A DNA stretch of 59,798 nt, counting the filler, from Sphacelaria rigidula (lineage: Eukaryota): assembly GCA_964200075.2 (NCBI GenBank). It is 8 parts of 8 records of this genome, joined end to end, with 100 filler letters (N's around TTAATTAATTAA, not from the genome) between each part and the next. Parts side by side here need not be neighbours in the genome. Positions count along the whole stretch, not along the records: positions 44,925 to 52,311 come from CAXNAA020015149.1; positions 52,412 to 59,798 come from CAXNAA020015150.1; 6 more parts are not named here. One strand, written 5' to 3'. Shown here piece after piece: positions 50,801-59,798 of this stretch; the first letter of the stretch is position 1; every line of letters begins with the position of its first letter. The position numbers were made by a program, and so were the translations under genes. Below the pieces are notes generated by a model that searched no databases, had not been told where the DNA came from, and was given only the letters and a program-made list of their open reading frames with translations.

Positions 50801-51792
50801 AATTGGCCCAAAGAAAAAGGGTGGGGTATAGCCTGGTGACTAAGTTTGGAGTTGACTGCTATGGATCCCAGTGCACACTCTCTTGGAATGAGTGGGGGAG
50901 ACGAGTAACTCTAGGATATGGTGGGAAGAGACAACATTAGAGGTCCTGATTGCAGTCGATAGAGCGCCAAGGGGATTCGCCCTCCTCGGAGTGAAAGTGA
51001 CGGGGATCGAACCCCCACGACTAACTTTTGTGACGGTTTAAGAGACAACCAACTAGACTACTGACCAGTCAGCGCTGACTGGTCAGCAGTCTAGTTGGTT
51101 GTCTCTTAAACCGCCACAGCTCTCACCACGTTTGGAAGTCTTTCCTAGACTTCTCTTCTTGAACGCGGCTGGCCAACCTTGAACTAGCCCTCTTGCAATT
51201 CTCCCGACTGAGGTAGTAATTGCGCCGCGTTTTATCGCAGGCTCTCCGGGCAACCCAGCTGGTGATCAACCGATACCAAAGCGTACCCTGGCACTGCATC
51301 AGAACCTTCTCGGCTCTACTCATACCATCCTCCTGTGCGCTGCCATCTTCCCAAAAGGCTCCCCTCCTTCAGTTACCTTGGCTTATATGACCAGCGCCTC
51401 TCTTTCCGCCGCTTCGTCCCCCCCTGTTTTCAACGTGAGCGTCCCCCGTTTTTCAGACTGTGGAGTGCGGCTTCAAAAACCCTTTCCAGAAACGACAAGT
51501 TTCCTGAATAAACGTTTATTGTGAACCTGCCTGGAATCAGAACAAGATTACAGTGCTGCTCCAGAGACTTCCTTCCTGTCCAAGGCTCCAGAGACTTCAA
51601 GACTTCAAGCAGTTATAGAAACAGCAGTCTTCGTTAACCAGAAGTGATCGACCTGCTTCGTTCTGTATATATCATACATCACGGAGTCCACCGATCATAC
51701 TCTCAGACCCGGTATCCATCAACCAGCATATAAACGTCTGCTACGTATTCCTCCACTGCAGTAATAGGTAACAATGTTGCCCGGAGTCTACA
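47834..51792 (-). mobile_element. Complete non-autonomous LTR element (3959 bp) with TACC TSD
   Basis: Near-identical 273-bp LTRs at 47834-48106 and 51520-51792 (TGTGAACC...GTCTACA). TACC on both flanks. G-tract next to the left LTR on the minus strand. Confidence 0.9.
50627..51118. mobile_element. Hairpin-terminal-repeat element, family 1 (492 bp, GCTC TSD)
   Basis: Palindromic terminal repeats at 50627-50692 (24-nt deletion) and 51029-51118 (90 bp), TGT...ACA. Inward A/B boxes. GCTC on both flanks. Confidence 0.9.
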
Positions 51793-52437
51793 TACCTCCG
51801 CGCTTCTCATCAAGCGCCGAGCCACCACGACATGTGTACATAGTTGACAATCACAAAGCAGCACCTCAACAGCGTTCCAGAAAATCCAGCCTTGTTTCTC
51901 AATCACAGGAACAACAACTTTCCATACACCAAGATGCGCTTGGCCACCAAACGACAATGGCAACAGCGCCTCTTCCCCACGCAGGTCTCACCACGTGTTT
52001 GAAGTCCCTAGACTCCTCTTCCTGACCGTACCTGCCTGACCAAGGGTGGAACAGGCAACCCTCGCTGGCTCCACCAAGCAGTGATTGCGCCGCTTTTTTT
52101 TAAACGCTCACGGGCTCGCCAGCTGTCGTCCCCCCGCACCTCACGCACAATGATACCACAGCCCACCCTAGCACTGCCTCAGAACCTCCTCGGCTCTACT
52201 TCTCCAACTCCTCACGACGTTATACGCCTTGAGCTCGTCTTGTTTGCTGCAAATTGATCAGGCCTGCAGATTTCCCTATCTTGATGTGTCAGCTGCTTTT
52301 CAGCGGACCTANNNNNNNNNNNNNNNNNNNNNNNNNNNNNNNNNNNNNNNNNNNNTTAATTAATTAANNNNNNNNNNNNNNNNNNNNNNNNNNNNNNNNN
52401 NNNNNNNNNNNGCACCACCCCCCCCCACTACCGACAC

Positions 52438-52440
<3 letters not shown>

Positions 52441-52500
<60 letters not shown>

Positions 52501-52925
52501 AGAGTTCTACTTAAGCGGCGGGAAGTATCTCTCGAGTAGTACATTTATAGGAGGAGCACTCAAGTCATTGCTCGTTGTGGAAAAATGAATGACTCGAGCA
52601 CCGAGTCATTGCTGGTTGTGAAAAAAATGAATAACTTGAGCGCACGAACCATTGCCCGTTGTGAAAAAAGCTCATGACTCGAGCAACGAATCATTGCTCG
52701 TTGTGAAAAAAATGACTGACTCGAGCACACGAGTCATTGCTCGTTGTTGTGAACAAAATGAACGGCTCGAGCACACGAGTCATGCTTGTTGTGTTTAAAA
52801 AACAACATCCATGAGTGCACTCGTTTCGACGAGTAATGACTCGTCCGACGTGTGGAAACTTCGTTTGCACCCCTGTGTGATGACCCGCACTCTTCAGGCA
52901 CATTATGTGACAGGATGGCACTCGG
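52441..52925 (-). repeat. Second copy of minisatellite element abutting (GA)n
   Basis: (GA)n at 52441-52497, then atcagagttctact...gtcattgctcgttgtgaaaaa units. Reverse complement of 36840-37262. Confidence 0.8.
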
Positions 52926-53002
52926 GAGGTAACTTAATACTGCACGAGCGAGGCGTGAACTTGTTGCGGTATTTTTTATCTCCAAAATCACTAATATATT
53001 GA

Positions 53003-53112
53003 CCCATTGACGGCCGGAGGTGGTCCATTTGTGGAATCGAAGTTATTTGCACTTCCTTTTCAAGTGAAAATGATGCCGATTCACAAATAGACGACCCCTG
53101 GCCGTCGAAGGG
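53003..53112. mobile_element. piggyBac-like mini-MITE, solitary copy
   Basis: CCCATTGACGGCC...GGCCGTCGAAGGG TIR, core gaaaatgatgccgattca, degenerate TTAA flanks. Confidence 0.65.
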
Positions 53113-54046
53113 TAAAAGCACCAGGAAGACACCGCCAAGCTACTCATGAGCTGCAGGAGGAGTGTTCCAATGTGCACAAGCGACTGGTTTCGTGAACTGA
53201 ACTTATGCTAAACCCCTCCGATAGGGTGCGGCACGGTCCTCAGGTCCCTAGCAAATTGTAATTGAACTGATGTAAGATATCTCCCTACATTATACTATAT
53301 TATTAGCGTCCTATCGTCTCGAAGACCCTTTTTTCAAATTAATTGGAGTTCCAAAAGGCGTAACTGACACGTACGTGCGCAAGCGGTACAGCGTCCACTC
53401 TGACGGAGTACATACTACATACTACATACTACACTGCATACTGCACCGTTGTAAGATTACAATGACAATCGATGTCATGTAGGATGCGTGATAAGGTTGG
53501 AATGGAGATTACATACCGTATCGCCCTGTCCGACGTCTTGGGCAATTTTCCCCTACAGTCATCTCCCGCCGCCAACGCGCTTATTCTTCATACCCCATCG
53601 CGTTGCGCCTCTATCACCATTCCATGGGTGATCATCTTGACATCTGTACACACCAATAATAGCTCCCGAAATATTAAATTCTTCACCCGTGACGATCGTG
53701 CTCATCGGCGAATCTGCAATTATTTTACGCGACGTGCACTGTCGCTGTACGTTCACGATGCGATCGGCTCATGTGTCAACGACGGACGACTCGACATAGA
53801 ATGCCGTTTGTCGTTGTCGGTAAATTTTGAATATAAAAAAGATTGCTCCCCGCTTATGTTCATCAACGATCTCTATATCCTCCTCGTTCGTGCTCCTCGG
53901 CGAATCTGTGATTTTTTTACCCCACTAGCACTGCCGCTGTACGTTCGCTATAATCGGCGAATTTGTGAATGTAATGATTTGGTGCTGTGATTTCGACGGA
54001 CGACTCGACATAGGCAGCCGTTCGTGGTTATCGGAAAATTTGAAAA

Positions 54047-54315
54047 TTTTCAAGGGTCGGACGAATTGATGATTCGTCTGAAAATTACCTGATTATAGTC
54101 GGATGATCGATTCGTACCGTAAGAGTCAATCCTTGCGCTTTGTTTTCAGCGTTTCGACCCAGGTACACGTAGCCCCGGCACGTGGAATGGCGCGAAAATT
54201 GCGTTGAGACCTTTTTGACCAGCGGTCAACGTTTTTCTTTTTGTTGAGCAACCAGGCCTGAAAAATTGTGGGTTTGGTAATTCGAACCGACGATGATTCG
54301 TCCGAACCCTGAAAA
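54047..54315. mobile_element. Probable MITE
   Basis: TIR ttttcaagggtcggacgaat / attcgtccgaaccctgaaaa, lying within degenerate ctcatcggcgaat repeats (53690-54520). Confidence 0.55.
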
Positions 54316-54778
54316 GTTTTCCTCACGCCATTTTTTTCAAATTTTACTCCCCGCTTGTGCTCATCGGCGGTTTGGTAAGTTTCACCTCTTTTATGGTGCA
54401 GATTTTGATACGTTGAATTTCACGGACGATCTGATGTCTACAGCCGCTATGCGATCGTGATCATCGGCTAATTTATCACATTTTACTCCCCGCTTGAGAT
54501 CGTTGGCGAATGGGTAAACTACCCCTACCGATCACATACATATCCCAACAACAATAATAGTTAGCTGTCGACACACGTTTCGGTGTCATGGCATCTCAAT
54601 ATTCTGATAAGTGCCCCGCAATCTTCCGTCAATATCGACGGACGAACCGACATGTCAAACTGTCTCGCCCCCACGCAACCCCTTCCACATAATTATTTCT
54701 GGCGCCCTCAACACAGCCTCTATTGTGCTGCACACTTATATGTCGGCCCCACTGATTTCCATCAACGTCCCGAGTAAA

Positions 54779-55123
54779 GTGTAGTGGCTGACAACGGCTT
54801 TCCAATAAACGGGAACCTCAAGAAACAGCGTCATAGGTACCTTCCACAAGGAGTCGAAGGTTATATACTTTCGTCTTCCTGGGTGCTGCTGCCAGCCTGC
54901 GACGCTGAGTACTCGAAGGAGGTCGCATCCGATCTAGCTAACAGCTTGAACCGGCAGATGAAGCTCTTGAGATCGTGTGCGACCTCCTTCGCGTCCTCAG
55001 CATCGCAGGCTGGCAGCACCCAAGAAGACGGGAGTCTGACTCCGTCGACCCCTTGTGGGAGGTACCTATTACCCTGTTCCTTGAGATCCCCTTTGATGAG
55101 AAAACCGTTCTCACCAATTACAC
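54779..55123. repeat. About 345-bp imperfect palindrome (fold-back)
   Basis: Arms of about 155 bp complementary around a short loop near 54940-54965. Confidence 0.85.
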
Positions 55124-55554
55124 AGGCCGCTCGATCGGGGACGATAACGAATTTTTACTGGGTCGGCAACAAAAGATACGTACGCTCCTCTTCTGCAAAG
55201 GACCGCTGGTATGTTCATTTTTCTTCTGCCGATATATTTGCGCCGACCGCTGGCTGCAAAACTTGTCGAATTATGAAACTGCTTTTCGATTCATATTGTC
55301 TTCTCCTTGTCCAATCCCCCCCCTCCCCCCCAAACAACAACAAAAAACAGTTTATCCCATCTCAAAAAAACAAAACAAAAATTTTCTTGTACGGCTGTTA
55401 TTCCGGAGTTTTGGTTGATAGACGTGCGCTGCTCAAGCTCTATTTTCCTCAGAGAGTGACACCGATGAGTGGTGCGACGGTAGGGGCGCACAATAACTTT
55501 CTCATGTTCTTCCCTTTAGGACCTCGTCGATGAAAATGAGCATCTGAGTCTAAG

Positions 55555-55609
55555 TTGTCGTCGTCGTCGTCGTCGTCGTCGTCATCATCGTCGTTATTGT
55601 TGTCGATGC

Positions 55610-55692
<83 letters not shown>
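55555..55692. repeat. Compound microsatellite (TCG)n(TTG)n(ATG)n
   Basis: Read directly from the sequence. Confidence 0.97.
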
Positions 55693-58290
55693 CATTTTAC
55701 ATCAGCCCTTTTTCGCCAACTTAGCGCCCGTGGCCACGAAGTCATGGCACAGAAAGACAGAACATATGGAAAAAAATAATGCGCACACGGACAGGAAAAT
55801 ATGACACCCCACAGAGCCGGGTTCTACGCACACGTCAGTGAAAACAAATCAAGTACACAAAAGTACACGTACGGCTCGAGAAACAAACTAAAAACGAGGG
55901 GATATCGTCGGCTACACGCCACGTGGGCCATGGGAGACAAAAAAGGCCAAAGTAGGGGAACGATATAGTTCGGCATACCGGACAGGGCAAGGCAAGGCAC
56001 GGCAAGACGACGCGACACGGGCCAAAGGATGGTAGAACCAAAAGACGAGCCTACACAAAGGGAAAAGGAGCGGACAAAACAGGCCTGAACAGCATAGGGT
56101 AAAACAGAATAAAAATGGAACACACTAGCACAAACCAAATCGAAATCAAAACAAATGGCAAGTATCACAAGGAAAAATGAAATAAAAGGAGGGTGTTGTC
56201 ATCAGCCGGTCACGAATGTCGCCACGCTTTGCTTCTTCCATCTTCTTTTCTTCTCTGACAGTGGTGCAGGGGGGCCCTCCTCCGCTTTCCGGTTTCGTTT
56301 CTTTCTCCTTCCGCCTCCCTGCCAGTTCGTGTTCTTCTCTGTCCGTCCGCAGTCTCTCTCTCCTCTCTCGTTCGCTTGTCTTATTTTCCACTCTCTCCAA
56401 CCGGCGCTTCACCGATGCTTTCTGTTCTTATCGATGCAATTTCGCCATGAACCATTTCACCCCCTTTTCCACCTTGCCGTGCCATTCTCTTGGTTCCGTG
56501 GAGCTCGTTTCGGCGCTCGCTTTCCATATCCCGTCTCCTTCTGAGAAGTGAAGGTCCTGCTCTGGGCATTTCACCCCCATCGAGTTGCTGCCACCCTCTG
56601 TACCCCACTACCTTCTTCAACGTTCCCAGCATGACGCGCTTAGGGAGTTGGTCAACAAATCAACGGATGACGAATCCGGCATAGAGTAGTCTCCTTTTGC
56701 GCACGGTGACCTCGAGGGTTTCGGTCCAGTTGTTCTTGAGGGCCTCGACGTAGGACAGAGGGAGGTCCGTGCGCATCCTCTTGTTTCACCCGATGCAGCG
56801 TGTGAGGAACTGGCCGTGGGCCCCATAGAGCTTCTCGTCTTGCTTGTTCAATAAGGTCCACGTCGCGCTCCAGTACTAGAGGGTCTTAGCCACTTCGTCT
56901 TGGAGCGGTCGTACTTTGAGCCGGGAGGAAGCTTTCGACGGTCGCACATCAACTGGCCATTTCGCCTGTAGCATCTCCATGCTCGGTACGGGGGATTCGA
57001 CAACTCTTTTCCCATCTTCCCGTTCTCGGAAATAGTCCCCGCGAGGTATACAAACCTGCTGGTTTGGTCGTGCCGGCCTTGACCCTGAATGGGCACTCCT
57101 ACATTCCTCTTCGCAGCAAGCATATGATCTTCGTCTTCGCCTTTGATACTGTCGGTCCGAACCAACCTGAAATGCGCACGGTGGTCGACATAATCTTCTC
57201 GAGGCTTTCTGGAGATCGCCGAACGATGCCCGTGTTGTCGGCGTGTAGCTTGCCCCAGAGCGGTTTCGCCGCCTCGGCCATCGTGACCTTGCCCCTTTTC
57301 CCTGGCAAGCTCTTGATCTTGGCCGTTTCCATCGTCACCTCGTCATCTTTGGCGAACTCTTTTACAAACACAATGAGCATTGCGGCAAAGAAAAGATTGA
57401 ACAGCAGCGCTGTCAGGTTGCACTCCTGTCGGAGCCGCTCGCCCACGTCGAACCGGTCGGAGCACATCCCGTTGCTCATCCGCACACACGCCCTCATGCC
57501 GTCGTGGAAGTGGCGGGCGATCTCCAACATCTTGGGGGCTGTCGAATCGCTTGAGCACGGTTCACAGCAGCTCTCCATCGACGGAGTCATATGTCTTGTC
57601 GAGATCGATGAAGCACGGGTAGAGGTGGGCGCTCTTCTTCCGCGCCACTTCATGGAGTCGCCAGATCACGAACATCACATAGGTCGAGTGGGCTGGGCGC
57701 AAGCCGCTTTGCTCCTCCAGGAGGATGCCCTCGCTCTCGCAGTAGTTGCTCGAGCGTGTGGCGACGAGTTTCAGTGTCACTTTGCTAGCGTGTGCCATGA
57801 GGGAGATACTTCGGTAGTTGCCACACTCTGTCGTGTGGCCCTTCTTGAACGGCACCTTAATGCTGGTGTCCGTACACTGCTGTGGCACCACTTCCGTCTG
57901 CCACATGGTGACGATGATATCGTGAAATCGATACAGGAAGTCTTGGTCTCTATCGAGGACTAATTTGATGAGCTCCTCAGAGAGCTCGTCCGGCCATCCT
58001 GCTTTCCTGTTGGCCATTCCCTGCATCGCTTTTTCGACCTTGAACATGAACGGTATATCGTCGAGCGGCACCACTGGGGCCACTGCTTGATCTATTCGAT
58101 CATTCGCGGGTTGAGGGTTGGCAACTTGATGTTAAGGACTTTGTGAAACCATCTGGGCAACCGCGCGGGGATGAGCACGGGATCCCGCGCGTGCTTGCCG
58201 TCCTCGCCCTTTATGTTCTGCGGGGCGAAGGACCGTTTGCCTTCCACGTCCAGCCCCTTAATGTGCCGAGAAAAACCGGCCATTTCACGG
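55693..58290 (-). mobile_element. Non-LTR retrotransposon (RTE-like LINE) relic, 5'-truncated and frameshifted
   Basis: RT motifs across frames: KAGWPD...[37 protein letters not shown]...LLFNLFF, LHADN (decayed YADD), KTKII and FVYLAG. T-rich 3' region ends in (CAT)n. The 3' extent is inferred. Confidence 0.85.
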
Positions 58291-59740
58291 CTTTTCTCCT
58301 ATGAGGAAGACTCGTGAGACACAGACACCTCCCCGTACGTCAAGCCCCTCGTTTCCACCTTTAACAGTGGATTTCAATTTCTGGGGTTGATCTCTAAAAT
58401 AGGGTTCAAGTTGCATATCGTTTTTGCAGGGATGATGCGAAACAGTTACACCGAGCGAAACCATCTTTCCCCCCAAAAGTCTGCAGCAGTTGAGCACTTG
58501 TGGCTAGGTGCACCGAACCAATATGGTGTACACTCGTGTCGATGACGATATCACTAGAGAGACAAGCAACGACAGAGAGGAAGCTCCTCGTCCGTGTCCT
58601 TTGTGTGTCCTCGCTCGGCGGTTGCCAACCGCTCGAAATACTGGCATCATGCATGTTCCCAGCATGTAACCAATTTCTCATGTGCCGGTACGCATGTTAT
58701 ATTGCTGCACAGCCCCCCAAAAAACATCGATGTGCGGAGGGAGGTTGTGTCTTCTTGTCTGTGGAGCTCACCAATGCAAATATCGATTTCTCTCTGTCTC
58801 TCATTTTGGGCAGGATGCTCCTCTGTGCGCTGCAAAACACGTCGTTGAAAAACAGGGCGAGATTCCCGTCACCGGTACTGTTCTCTGTCACACACATGAC
58901 AGCAAGGACGGTGTTGCGGCAGTAACAGATCCAATCAGAACTTGGCAGGTGTTATTCATCGCTAATTTTCCCCGACATGTGACCCTCTGGATGCGCGACG
59001 ACAAGAACGTGCCAACCGCCAGTTGGGGGAAAGTATGAGAGATCAAACACTTGAGGAGACCTTCTTCACATGCGGAATGAAAAAAGATACCTATGATGGT
59101 GACTTAACTGTTGCTGGCGTGGCGCATAGGGGTGCCTCCATGCTACAATCTCGAGCACACTCACCCGCTGCGTGAACACCGCGGTACAGTAGATTTTCAG
59201 CATTCCGATGTAAGGAGGCCATACACTACAAGCTGGGGCGAAATATCTCCCACGAGGAACAAGAGTGCTCTATGATCAACCACTTGTCGTTGCATTTGAC
59301 ACCTATGCCATCAACCGCGGACCGCAAAATATCTTGTGGCTTCCACGCAACGCTGGCGACACCATGGCAGGCAAACCCGATCATAGCTAGCTTTCGTTGC
59401 TCTACTGTAGTGACTGTCGTCTGCGCAGTCACCGTAGGAACATGCATGCACGGAAATTCACAACGACTGTAAAAACTAAACTGTTTGATTTTCTCAACTA
59501 ACTCCACACAATTCAAAGGACTCTCAAAAGCTGAAGGAAAGTGGCCGCTTTGGGTCCGGTCAAACGTGCGACGATACTGTCGAACAGCAATACCAAACTT
59601 TACTGAGCTTGGCATAAGGCAATGAGTACAGAACTGAACAGAAATCGACAGGTTAACGTTCTTATTAGAAAAGAAAGCGCATGAAACGGTTTGCAGGCGG
59701 GAAAACACCGATTTTCATGGAGGAGAAACTCTCTGTGCCC

Positions 59741-59798
59741 TGTGACGGTTTAAGAGACAACCAACTAGACTACTGACAAGTCAGCGCTGACTGATCAG
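59741..59798. mobile_element. Third copy of family-1 hairpin terminus, cut by contig end
   Basis: tgtgacggtttaagagacaaccaactagactactgacaagtcagcgctgactgatcag, near-identical to 51029-51086. Confidence 0.9.

Larger units (their letters stand above)
44925..52311 (-). mobile_element. Outer degenerate element related to the inner LTR element
   Basis: 44930-46550 aligns with 48780-50210, and 51870-52200 aligns with 50510-51325. Decayed minus-strand ORF fragments with no recognisable RT. Confidence 0.65.

Noticed and set aside
52555-52800. CRISPR-like repeat array (also 36950-37190)
   Set aside because: The units are degenerate tandem repeats without unique spacers. There are no cas genes and the context is eukaryotic.
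55449-55779. Poly-I/N/D and poly-S/L/M ORFs
   Set aside because: They are translations of the microsatellite.
57064-57963. 299-aa plus-strand ORF
   Set aside because: It is the antisense shadow of the LINE RT.

Overview
Repeat-rich eukaryotic DNA with GT-AG spliced genes and roughly balanced GC by eye. The gene and transposon style suggests a brown alga or other stramenopile, which is an inference. The window is not one locus: seven 100-nt N44-TTAATTAATTAA-N44 linkers join eight size-sorted contigs (7388, 7388, then six of 7387 nt). Retroelements: two degenerate Ty3/gypsy elements, a nested pair of non-autonomous LTR elements, an RTE-like LINE relic and tRNA-derived SINEs. DNA-type repeats: many MITE and fold-back elements. 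Host genes: the 3' end of a gene built from tandem one-exon-per-module 6-Cys repeats, a complete 5-exon gene for a secreted 285-aa protein with two Ig-like repeats, and a probable coiled-coil/multi-TM pseudogene. The most unusual signal is a small mobile element class seen as two diverged families (50627-51118 with a partial copy at 59741-59798, and 36270-36561). Its two ends are 80-90-bp TG...CA hairpins centred on AGCGCT, and each inner arm runs into an inward-facing tRNA-like Pol III A/B-box promoter. The 4-bp target-site duplication (TSD) of the best copy is supported by an empty paralogous site in the window.
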